24,000 bases of DNA from assembly GCA_015067435.1 (NCBI GenBank), contig SVMM01000015.1:2868-26867 (forward strand). The letters are read 5' to 3'. The notes beneath the pieces are model-generated. The model did not search any database and had not been told where the DNA came from. It saw nothing but the letters and a program-made list of their open reading frames with translations. Shown here one piece after another: positions 8,215 through 16,078 of this stretch (positions are counted from its first letter, which is position 1; every line of letters starts with the position of its first letter). Origin of the DNA: Oscillospiraceae bacterium. Lineage in GTDB: Bacteria; Bacillota; Clostridia; Oscillospirales; Oscillospiraceae. Made by a program: the position numbers and the translations under genes.

Positions 8215-8245
8215 GTCAGCGCCGCGTCAGCGGCGCTGACTTTTG
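8215..8245 (+). terminator. Intrinsic terminator or attenuator hairpin between nusB and xseA
   Basis: A perfect 11-bp stem GTCAGCGCCGC (8215-8225) / GCGGCGCTGAC (8230-8240) with loop GTCA is followed by only TTTT. Termination is likely partial. Confidence 0.5.
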
Positions 8246-8268
8246 CGCATCCGAAGGGGGGAGAGCGT

Positions 8269-9501
8269 ATGCCGGAGCAGCCGCAGACGATCTTCAGCGT
8301 GTCCGAGGCGAACAATTTCATCAAGGCGCTGCTCGACGGCGTGCCGCAGCTGCGGGAGATCTTCGTGCGCGGCGAGATCTCCAACTACAAGGTCTACCCC
8401 TCCGGACACCACTATTTCTCGCTCAAGGACGCGGAGGGGGCGCTGCGCTGCGTCATGTTCCGCGGCAGCGCGTCCTCGCTCCGCTTCCGGCCGGAGAACG
8501 GCATGAAGGTCATCGCCTTCGGGCGCATCTCGGTCTTTCCACGCGATGGCTCGTACCAGCTCTACGTCAGCGAGCTGACCGCCGAGGGCGCGGGCGACCT
8601 GCACGTCGCCTTTGAACAGCTCAAGGCGAAGCTCGACGCAGAGGGGCTGTTCGATCCGGCGCACAAGAAGCCCCTGCCGCGCTATCCGAAGACCATCGCC
8701 ATCGTCACGTCCTCCGCGGGTGCGGCGGTGCACGACATGATCCGCATTCTCGGCGCGCGCTGGCCGCAGAGCAGGATCGTGCTGCTGCCCGTGCGGGTAC
8801 AGGGCGCCGAGGCGCCGCCGGAGATCGCCGGCGCGCTGCGCTACGCGAACAAATGGCGCGTGGCGGACGTCATCATCACCGGGCGCGGCGGCGGCTCGAT
8901 GGAGGATCTGTGGGCGTTCAACGACGAGCGCGTCGCCCGCGCGATCTACGATTCCGTGATCCCGGTCATCAGCGCGGTGGGGCATGAGCCGGACGTCACG
9001 ATTGCCGACTACGTCGCCGACGCGCGCGCATCGACGCCGTCCAACGCCGCGGAGATCGCTGTCCCGGACCAAAACGAGCTGCGGCGCGCGCTCGAGACCC
9101 TTTCCGGACGCATGGAGCAGAGCGAACGGGCTCGGCTGGACGCGCTGCGCAATCGCCTGAATGAGCTTGCGGCGAAGCGCGTGCTGACGGACCCGACGGC
9201 GTTCATCGCGGACAAGCGGCTGCTGCTGGACTACACGCAGAAAACCCTTGCCGCCCTCGCGGAGAAGCAGCTCGCGGAGCGCCAGCGGCGGTTCGCGGCG
9301 CTGTGCGCCTCGCTTGACGCGCTCAGCCCGCTCAAGGTGCTCAGCCGCGGCTACGCCATGGCGCGGGGAGCGGACGGGCAGGTCATCCGCCGGGCGAAGG
9401 ATGTCGCGGTGGGCGAAAAAATAGACTTAACGCTCGGAGAGGGCAGACTCGGCTGTGTGGTGGAATCGCGCGAGACGGGAGGAGGACAGGCAAATGGCTA
9501 A
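8269..9501 (+). CDS. xseA: Exodeoxyribonuclease VII large subunit
   Basis: 410 aa. It has the N-terminal OB-fold signature FSVSEANNFIKALLD...VRGEISNYK and the central IAIVTSSAGAAVHD. It overlaps xseB by 8 nt. Confidence 0.9.
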   Translation: MPEQPQTIFSVSEANNFIKALLDGVPQLREIFVRGEISNYKVYPSGHHYFSLKDAEGALRCVMFRGSASSLRFRPENGMKVIAFGRISVFPRDGSYQLYVSELTAEGAGDLHVAFEQLKAKLDAEGLFDPAHKKPLPRYPKTIAIVTSSAGAAVHDMIRILGARWPQSRIVLLPVRVQGAEAPPEIAGALRYANKWRVADVIITGRGGGSMEDLWAFNDERVARAIYDSVIPVISAVGHEPDVTIADYVADARASTPSNAAEIAVPDQNELRRALETLSGRMEQSERARLDALRNRLNELAAKRVLTDPTAFIADKRLLLDYTQKTLAALAEKQLAERQRRFAALCASLDALSPLKVLSRGYAMARGADGQVIRRAKDVAVGEKIDLTLGEGRLGCVVESRETGGGQANG

Positions 9502-9745
9502 GACGGAGAAGAAAACCTTTGAGGAGAGCATCGCGCGTCTGGAGGAGATCGTCGGCGCGCTCGAAAAGGGCGACGCGAAGCTGGCGGACTCGCTCAAGCT
9601 GTTTGAGGAGGGCACCAAGCTCGCCACGGACTGCGGAAAGATGCTCGACGAGGCGGAGCAGAAGGTGGTCAAGCTGTCCAAGGGCGCGGACGGCGCCCCG
9701 GTGGAGAGCGACTTTACCGGCGAGGCGGAGGGAAATGGAAGATAA
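9494..9745 (+). CDS. xseB: Exodeoxyribonuclease VII small subunit
   Basis: A ggagga RBS lies 7 nt before ATG 9494, giving 83 aa. [30 protein letters not shown] is the typical XseB helix pair. Confidence 0.9.
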   Translation: MAKTEKKTFEESIARLEEIVGALEKGDAKLADSLKLFEEGTKLATDCGKMLDEAEQKVVKLSKGADGAPVESDFTGEAEGNGR

Positions 9746-10616
9746 GCTGTTTCGGGAGCGGTACGACGCGTACCGCGAGGCGGTGGAAGCGTATCTGGAC
9801 AAGCTGTTCACCGGCGATGTTCCATGGCAGGAACTCTATAAGTCTATGCGTTACAGCCTGCTGTCCGGCGGAAAACGCATCCGGCCGGTGCTGACGCTGG
9901 AGTGCGCGCGCCTCGGCGGGATACGCGACTGGAAATACGCGCTGCCCTTCGCCTGCGCGCTGGAGCTGGTGCACACCTACTCCCTGATCCACGACGATCT
10001 GCCGTGCATGGACGACGACGCGCTGCGCCGCGGCAAGCCGACGAACCACGTCGTTTTCGGCGAGACGATGGCGACGCTCGCGGGCGACGCGCTGCAGGCG
10101 GAGGCGTACCGCCTGATCGCCGAGGCGCCGAAGCTCTCCAAAACGGCGAAGCTGGACGCGGTGTGGTCGCTCGCGTGGGCGAGCGGCGCGAACGGCATGG
10201 TGGCGGGGCAGGTGCTCGACCTGACGGACTTCGGCCATGACCGCGAGACGCTGACGACGCTGTGCGACCGCAAGACCTGCTTTATGATTAAGGCCGCGGC
10301 GGAGCTGGGCTGCGCGGCGGCGAACGCGTCGGGCGAGCTGACGGCCGCGCTGGCGCGGTACGCCTCGCTTCTGGGGCTTGCGTTCCAGATTCGGGACGAC
10401 CTGCTCGACGTGATCGGCGACGAGGCGACCTTCGGCAAGCCCATCGGTTCGGACAGGGACGAGGGAAAAACGACCTTTGTCGACCTGCTCGGCGCGGACG
10501 GGTGCGCGTCGGAGGTCGAACGGCTGACGGACGAGGCGGTCGCGGCGCTTGACGGTATACCGGATACGGCGTTCCTGATCGAGTTGGCGCGACGGCTCAC
10601 AACGCGCACGAAATAG
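9735..10616 (+). CDS. ispA: Farnesyl/geranylgeranyl diphosphate synthase (polyprenyl synthetase family)
   Basis: The internal ATG 9735 of ORF 9519..10616 gives 293 aa. The first Asp-rich motif is [17 protein letters not shown] and the second is FQIRDDLLD. It overlaps the xseB stop. Confidence 0.9.
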   Translation: MEDKLFRERYDAYREAVEAYLDKLFTGDVPWQELYKSMRYSLLSGGKRIRPVLTLECARLGGIRDWKYALPFACALELVHTYSLIHDDLPCMDDDALRRGKPTNHVVFGETMATLAGDALQAEAYRLIAEAPKLSKTAKLDAVWSLAWASGANGMVAGQVLDLTDFGHDRETLTTLCDRKTCFMIKAAAELGCAAANASGELTAALARYASLLGLAFQIRDDLLDVIGDEATFGKPIGSDRDEGKTTFVDLLGADGCASEVERLTDEAVAALDGIPDTAFLIELARRLTTRTK

Positions 10617-10620
10617 GACA

Positions 10621-10648
10621 AAACGGAGGCTGCCGGCCTCCGTTTTTT
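10621..10648 (+). terminator. Intrinsic terminator after ispA
   Basis: A 9-bp stem aacggaggc (10621-10629) / gcctccgtt (10635-10643) runs directly into TTTTTT. Confidence 0.75.
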
Positions 10649-10682
10649 GTTTGAAATTTTCGTGAATATTCGGATGAATATC

Positions 10683-10711
10683 TTGTATATTTGCAAAAAA
10701 ACATGTATAAT
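10683..10711 (+). promoter_or_regulatory. Sigma-A-type promoter driving the large ncRNA (and probably oapA-dxs)
   Basis: TTGTAT (10683-10688), a 17-nt spacer, then TATAAT (10706-10711) with TG immediately upstream. It sits in an AT-rich island in an otherwise GC-rich sequence. Confidence 0.6.
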
Positions 10712-10717
10712 ACCATA

Positions 10718-11385
10718 CTGCTGAACAGCGGCGCAGTATCCTAGTCAGATCTGCCGTCTCCTAAGAAGGGCCTAAAAATCCTTTAAAGGGCACAACTGTG
10801 AAACCTTTGGTGCCTGCTTCTTACGCCCAGTTTGGGGTGGGTGCTGAAGGGAGGCTATGCCTTTCGTCGTTTCGGAAGCGGAGCCTGCGGATCCCGGGCG
10901 TCCCCTAATGGCATGGGGGATACGACCCTGTTTCCGTGGAGACCCGCCCTCGTGCCGGGCGTAATCCCGCAAGGGTAAAGCGACCCTGGTACGGAGCGGG
11001 CTATGAACCCGTGTTGCGGTGCTAAGCGGCATAAGTGCCGTGAACGCTGTGCGCGGAGTAGCCTGCCTTGCGTGGCGCCGGCGAATCGGAGAATACAACC
11101 AAATCCCCCGGCCAGGGGAGAGGGCGATCGCTCCGTGAAACCGTCGCTGCAAAAGAGGCTAAGAGACGGTTCGACTGCGGCGGAAATCGCCTAGGCTGTC
11201 CTTTGGGGCAGGGCGGGGATTACAGTGCGGACTAAGTGGCAATCGGGTACCGCGCGTCGGCGACGGCGCGGCACGCCCCTCAAAGGGGAACCACCTGACC
11301 GGCAACGGGAGGCGGGGCGTGGGGAAAGCCAACCCGACCAAAGCCGTAGGATTACCTCGCTCTGCTGCCGCTTTTCAGCTCCAAT
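10718..11385 (+). ncRNA. ole: Large structured non-coding RNA, assigned as OLE (ornate, large, extremophilic) RNA. Boundaries are approximate.
   Basis: An 817-nt gap without a credible ORF sits in a tightly packed operon. Nested long-range complementarity is visible: 10753-10760 with 11163-11170; 10743-10746 with 11173-11176; 10762-10768 with 10817-10823; and 10727-10736 with 11362-11372. There are many local GC hairpins. The flanking order ispA | RNA | small 4-TM protein | dxs-tlyA-nadK-argR-recN matches the published OLE/oapA context. The ~650 nt length fits OLE (~610 nt). Confidence 0.75.
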
Positions 11386-11432
11386 TATCAGATTCATTTC
11401 ACGCCTGCGGGTGCGAAATCAAGGAGAGACCC

Positions 11433-11993
11433 ATGAAAAAGGAAGAGGCAAAACCGCGAAGTTATTCCCGCTGGGTGATCCGGATCTTTCTGATGTCCGT
11501 GGCGCTCTCGGCGGTGCTGAGCACCGCGTCGGGCATTGCGCTGGAGGACGCGGGCTATCCGCTGGCGGTGCTGGTGCTGGTTTTGTTCGTGCTGCTCGGC
11601 ATCGTGTTCGACGTGGTCGGCGTCGCGGTGACGGCGGCGGACGCGAAGCCGTTCCACTCCATGGCGGCACACCGGGAAAGGGGCGCGAAGGAAGCGCTTT
11701 TTTTGCTGCGAAACGCCGAGAAGGCGTCCAGCTTCTGCAACGATGTCGTGGGCGACATCTGCGGCATCGTCAGCGGCTCCACCGCGGCGGTGATCGTGCT
11801 GCGCCTGCAAAGCACGTTCGACACGCAGAGCATTTTTATCTCCATCGCCGTCACCGCGCTGATCTCCGGCCTGACCATCGGCGGCAAGGCGATCGGCAAA
11901 AAGCTGGCGCTGGACAGGAGCACGCAGGTGGTATTCACCACGGCGAAGCTGCTGCATTTCCTCCACATCGGCAATCAGGACAACAAGAGGTAG
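11433..11993 (+). CDS. oapA: OLE-associated protein A-like small integral membrane protein
   Basis: The RBS aaggagag at 11421-11428 precedes ATG 11433, giving 186 aa. There are four hydrophobic helices (WVIRIFLMSVALSAVL, LAVLVLVLFVLLGIVFDVVGV, VVGDICGIVSGSTAAVIVL, IFISIAVTALISGLTIGG). It lies immediately between the large ncRNA and dxs, as oapA does. Confidence 0.75.
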   Translation: MKKEEAKPRSYSRWVIRIFLMSVALSAVLSTASGIALEDAGYPLAVLVLVLFVLLGIVFDVVGVAVTAADAKPFHSMAAHRERGAKEALFLLRNAEKASSFCNDVVGDICGIVSGSTAAVIVLRLQSTFDTQSIFISIAVTALISGLTIGGKAIGKKLALDRSTQVVFTTAKLLHFLHIGNQDNKR

Positions 11994-11997
11994 AACA

Positions 11998-13845
11998 TTG
12001 ATTTTGGAGCATATTCAAACCCCGTCGGACGTCAAGGCGCTCAATCGGCAGCAGACGGAGCTTCTGTGCCGGGAGCTTCACACGTTCCTGCTGGAGAGCA
12101 TCGCGGAGACGGGCGGACATCTCGCCTCGAACCTCGGCGCGGTCGAGCTGACGGTCGCGATCCACCGCGTGTTCGACACCGCGCGCGACCGTCTGGTGTT
12201 CGACGTGGGGCACCAGTGCTACGCCCACAAGGCGCTGACCGGGCGCATGGCGCAGTTTCCGACGCTGCGGCAGTACGGCGGGCTTTCGGGCTTCCCGAAG
12301 CCGAACGAGAGCGTGCACGACGCGTTCGTCGCGGGGCACGCGTCCAACTCGGTGTCCGTCGCGCTCGGTATGGCGCGCGCGCGCACGCTGCTGGGCGAGG
12401 ACTATTCCGTGCTGGCGCTCATCGGGGACGGCGCGCTCTCGGGCGGGCTTGCCTACGAGGGGCTGAACAACGCCGGCGCGTCGGGCGAGCCGCTGATCGT
12501 CATTCTCAATGACAACGGGATGTCGATCTCCCGCAACGTCGGCGCGATGAGCGCGCATCTCTCGCGCCTGCGGAGCAAGCCGGCGTACTACGAGTTTAAA
12601 AAGAACTATCGCCGCGTCCTGCTCGGCAGCAAGCCGGGCAAGACGCTCTATGCCTTTAACCACCGGGTCAAGAACACCGTCAAGAACGCGCTGCTGCCCA
12701 ACGCCACCATGTTTGAGGACATGGGCTTCACCTACCTCGGCCCCGTGGACGGTCACGACGAGGAGCAGGTGGAGCATGTGCTGGAATGGGCGAAGGAGCT
12801 CCGCCGCCCCGTGCTCGTGCACGTGCGCACGGTCAAGGGCAAGGGCTATGGGCCCGCGGAGCGCGAACCGGGACGCTGGCACGGCGTGGGACCCTTCGAC
12901 GTCGCGACCGGAGAGATCCGGGAGGGCGGGACGTCGTTCTCGTCCGTGTTCGGCGAGGAGATGTGCGCGCTTGCCGCGGAGGAGCCGCGCCTTTGCGCCA
13001 TCACCGCGGCGATGGCGGACGGAACGGGCCTCACGGAGTTCGCCGAACGCTATCCCAGGCGCTTTTTCGACGTCGGCATCGCGGAGGCTCAGGCCGCGGC
13101 GATGGCGGCGGGCATGGCGAAGCAGGGATTGATCCCCGTGTTCGCCGTGTACTCCACATTTTTGCAGCGCGCCTACGACCAGCTGATCCACGATACGGCG
13201 CTCAGCGGCCTGCACGTCGTGTTCGCCGTGGACCGCTCCGGCTTCGTCGGCGCGGACGGGGAGACGCACCACGGCATCTTCGACGCGACGTTTCTCTCCG
13301 ATATCCCGAACATGACCGTGCTGTGTCCGGCGAGCTTTGCCGAGCTGCGCGCCATGCTGCGCCGCGCCGTGCTTGAGATCGACGGCCCCGTTGCCATCCG
13401 CTACCCGCGCGGCGGGGAGGAGGGCTATACCGACGACCGCAGCGAGGGCGCGTTCGCAACGCTTCGCGAGGGCGCGGACGTCACGCTCTGCGCCTACGGC
13501 ACGATGGTGAACAGCGTGCTCGGCGCGGCGGAGCTGCTGGAAAAGCAGGGCATTTCGGCGAGCGTCGTCAAGGTGAACCGCATCTCGCCGTTTATCGACG
13601 CGGACGTGCGCAAGACCTTCGCGGGGACGAAAAAGCTGATCGTCGCCGAGGAGTGCGCCAGCGTCGGCTGCGTCGGACAGAGACTTGCGGCAATATTGAC
13701 TGAGGAAGGAACACCGCTCGAAAAACTATATTTGTGCAATCTCGGCAAGCGTTTTCCGCCCCACGGCGGCGCGGAACAACTGCGTAAGGCTTTCCAATTG
13801 GACGCTGAGTCTATTGCCAAGCGCACGATCGAGGTGATCCGATGA
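11998..13845 (+). CDS. dxs: 1-deoxy-D-xylulose-5-phosphate synthase
   Basis: 615 aa. The TTG start is preceded by an aagagg RBS. Hallmark motifs are GGHLASNLGAVELTVAIH, DVGHQCYAHKALTGR and the TPP-binging GDGALSGG...NDN. Confidence 0.95.
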   Translation: MILEHIQTPSDVKALNRQQTELLCRELHTFLLESIAETGGHLASNLGAVELTVAIHRVFDTARDRLVFDVGHQCYAHKALTGRMAQFPTLRQYGGLSGFPKPNESVHDAFVAGHASNSVSVALGMARARTLLGEDYSVLALIGDGALSGGLAYEGLNNAGASGEPLIVILNDNGMSISRNVGAMSAHLSRLRSKPAYYEFKKNYRRVLLGSKPGKTLYAFNHRVKNTVKNALLPNATMFEDMGFTYLGPVDGHDEEQVEHVLEWAKELRRPVLVHVRTVKGKGYGPAEREPGRWHGVGPFDVATGEIREGGTSFSSVFGEEMCALAAEEPRLCAITAAMADGTGLTEFAERYPRRFFDVGIAEAQAAAMAAGMAKQGLIPVFAVYSTFLQRAYDQLIHDTALSGLHVVFAVDRSGFVGADGETHHGIFDATFLSDIPNMTVLCPASFAELRAMLRRAVLEIDGPVAIRYPRGGEEGYTDDRSEGAFATLREGADVTLCAYGTMVNSVLGAAELLEKQGISASVVKVNRISPFIDADVRKTFAGTKKLIVAEECASVGCVGQRLAAILTEEGTPLEKLYLCNLGKRFPPHGGAEQLRKAFQLDAESIAKRTIEVIR

Positions 13846-14645
13846 GCGGGAAGAAACGGCTGGATATACTGCTGGTGGAGCGCGGCCTTGCCGAGACGCG
13901 GCAGAAGGCGCAGGCGACCATTATGAGCGGGATCGTGTACGTCAACGGACAGAAGGCGGACAAGGCGGGCTTTCCCACGGCGGAGGACGCGGAGGTCGAG
14001 GTGCGCGGCAACGTGCTGCCCTATGTGAGCCGCGGGGGACTGAAGCTCGAAAAGGCGATGAACGCCTTTGACCTGGCGCTGGACGGCTTTGTCTGCGCGG
14101 ATATCGGTGCCTCGACCGGCGGGTTTACCGACTGCATGCTCCAAAACGGCGCGCAGAAGGTCTACACCGTCGACGTCGGCTACGGGCAGCTTGACTGGAA
14201 GCTGCGAAACGACCCGCGTGTCGTGTGTCTGGAGCGGACGAACGCGCGCTATCTCACGCATGAGCAGGTGCCGGACGAGCTGGACTTTGCCTCGATCGAC
14301 GTCTCGTTCATCTCGCTGCGGCTGATCCTGCCCGCGGTCTGCGGGCTTTTGAAGGACGGCGGGCACGTCGCCTGCCTCGTCAAGCCGCAGTTTGAGGCGG
14401 GACGGGAAAAGGTCGGGAAAAAGGGCGTCGTCCGCGATCCCGCCGTGCATCGGGAGGTGCTGGAGCACTTCCTGGAGCACGCGCGCGAGAGCGGCTTCGG
14501 CGTGTTCGGCCTGACGTGGTCGCCCATCCGCGGACCGGAGGGAAACATCGAATATCTGGGCTTTCTGGAGAAGGGCGCGCAGACGGAGGCGAATTTCGAT
14601 CTGGACGAGCTGGTGCGCCTGTCCCACGCGGAGCTGGACGCGTGA
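13842..14645 (+). CDS. tlyA: TlyA-family rRNA 2'-O-methyltransferase (hemolysin A-like)
   Basis: 267 aa. It has an N-terminal S4 domain (RLDILLVERGLAETRQKAQATIMSG) and an FtsJ-type SAM motif (DIGASTGGFTD). It has an ATGA overlap with the dxs stop. Confidence 0.9.
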   Translation: MSGKKRLDILLVERGLAETRQKAQATIMSGIVYVNGQKADKAGFPTAEDAEVEVRGNVLPYVSRGGLKLEKAMNAFDLALDGFVCADIGASTGGFTDCMLQNGAQKVYTVDVGYGQLDWKLRNDPRVVCLERTNARYLTHEQVPDELDFASIDVSFISLRLILPAVCGLLKDGGHVACLVKPQFEAGREKVGKKGVVRDPAVHREVLEHFLEHARESGFGVFGLTWSPIRGPEGNIEYLGFLEKGAQTEANFDLDELVRLSHAELDA

Positions 14646-14694
14646 CGCGCTGTGCCGCATTCTATATTTCATGGAATCAATTGGAGGGGAAACG

Positions 14695-15564
14695 ATGCTG
14701 AAAAAGGTGATCCTCTGTCCCAATCCCTATCGCGACACGGAATTGAAAGTCGCAAAAGAGGCTAAGTCGATATTGGACGAGGTGGGCTGCCCCAACGTGG
14801 TGTGTATCCCGTTCCGCGGCAGCGAGGAGCCGGAGGGCTACGGTCTGGAGATCCGTCCGCTCCAACAGGAGCTGCGCGGCGCGGACATGCTGATCTCCTT
14901 CGGCGGCGACGGGACGATCCTGCATCTGTCCAAGACTGCCGCGCACCGGGACATTCCGGTGCTGGGCATCAACCTCGGCAGCCTCGGCTTCATGGCGGAG
15001 CTGGAGCAGAAGGAGCTGCACAAGCTGCGCGCGCTGTGCGAGGAGAAGTACATCGTCGAAAGCCGCATGATGCTGGACGTCTGCGTCCGGCGCGACGGAC
15101 GCGTCATCTACTCCGGCCTCGCGCTCAACGAGGCGCTGATCGCCCGCGGCAACGTCTCGCGCGTGATCCGGCTGCACATCTTTACGGAGAGCGGCAAGCT
15201 GGTGGATGTGGCGGGCGACGGCGTGGTGGTCGCCACGCCGACCGGCTCGACGGCGTATTCCCTCAGCGCGGGCGGCCCCGTGGTGGAGCCGACGGCGCGG
15301 AACTTTGTCGTCAGCCCCATCTGCGCGCACAGCATCCACGCGAATTCCTATGTGCTCTCGCCGGAGCGCACGATCACGGTGCAGACGGAGGCGACCGGCT
15401 ACAAGCCCGTCGTGCTGTCGGTGGACGGCGGCCGCGCGTTCTCGCTGCGCCACGGCGACGCGGTGGAGATCACGCGCTCGCGCTACGACACCAAGCTCGT
15501 GCGGCTGGAAAACCGCAGCTTCTGCGAGGTGCTGCAAAGGAAGATGCTGGGGCTCGTCGAGTAG
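14695..15564 (+). CDS. nadK: NAD(+) kinase
   Basis: The RBS ggagggg favours ATG 14695 (289 aa) over ATG 14671. It has the GGDGT motif (FGGDGTILH) and TPTGSTAYSLSAGGP. Confidence 0.9.
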   Translation: MLKKVILCPNPYRDTELKVAKEAKSILDEVGCPNVVCIPFRGSEEPEGYGLEIRPLQQELRGADMLISFGGDGTILHLSKTAAHRDIPVLGINLGSLGFMAELEQKELHKLRALCEEKYIVESRMMLDVCVRRDGRVIYSGLALNEALIARGNVSRVIRLHIFTESGKLVDVAGDGVVVATPTGSTAYSLSAGGPVVEPTARNFVVSPICAHSIHANSYVLSPERTITVQTEATGYKPVVLSVDGGRAFSLRHGDAVEITRSRYDTKLVRLENRSFCEVLQRKMLGLVE

Positions 15565-15605
15565 CGCCGCACAAAGGAAAACCGGTTTGACGGAGAGGTG
15601 CAGGC

Positions 15606-16058
15606 ATGAAAAACAACAGGCAGGAACAGATCCTCGATATCGTTACCAGCGAGTCGGTCGAAACGCAGGAGCAGCTGATCGAGCGGCTGCGGGAGCGCGG
15701 CGTGGAGTGCACGCAGGCGACAGTTTCACGCGACATCAAGCAGCTCCGGCTGGTCAAGGAGCCTGTCGGCGGGGGACACTACCGCTACGCGCTTTCCACC
15801 GAGCGGGAGAAGCTCGGCTACGCCGAGCGGCTGCATACGATCCTGCGCGAGAGCTTTGTCAGCGTGGACAGCGCGCGGAACATCGTCGTGCTCAAGACGA
15901 TGCCGGGGCTTGCCGGCGCGGCGGGCTCGATGTTCGACGGCATGAGCGACCCGCGCATCGTCGGCAGCCTGGCCGGCGATGACACGGTGATGATCGTCAT
16001 GCGCGACGAGAACGGCGCGCAGAACCTCCGCAAGGAGATCGAGGCTATGAGAAAGTAA
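15606..16058 (+). CDS. argR: Arginine repressor
   Basis: 150 aa. It has an N-terminal winged-helix region (QEQLIERLRERGVECTQATVSRDIKQLRLVK) and a C-terminal oligomerisation/arginine-binding region (GSLAGDDTVMIV). Confidence 0.9.
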   Translation: MKNNRQEQILDIVTSESVETQEQLIERLRERGVECTQATVSRDIKQLRLVKEPVGGGHYRYALSTEREKLGYAERLHTILRESFVSVDSARNIVVLKTMPGLAGAAGSMFDGMSDPRIVGSLAGDDTVMIVMRDENGAQNLRKEIEAMRK

Positions 16059-16078
16059 ACGAAACGGAGGCAGCGCGT

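Noticed and set aside
10772-11152. 126-aa minus-strand ORF, and the plus-strand ORFs 11003..11194 and 11225..12001 / 11319..11432 inside the ispA-oapA gap
   Set aside because: They have no RBS and Arg/Pro/Gly-rich composition. They overlap extensive RNA secondary structure. The only part with protein-like features starts at ATG 11433, which has a strong RBS.
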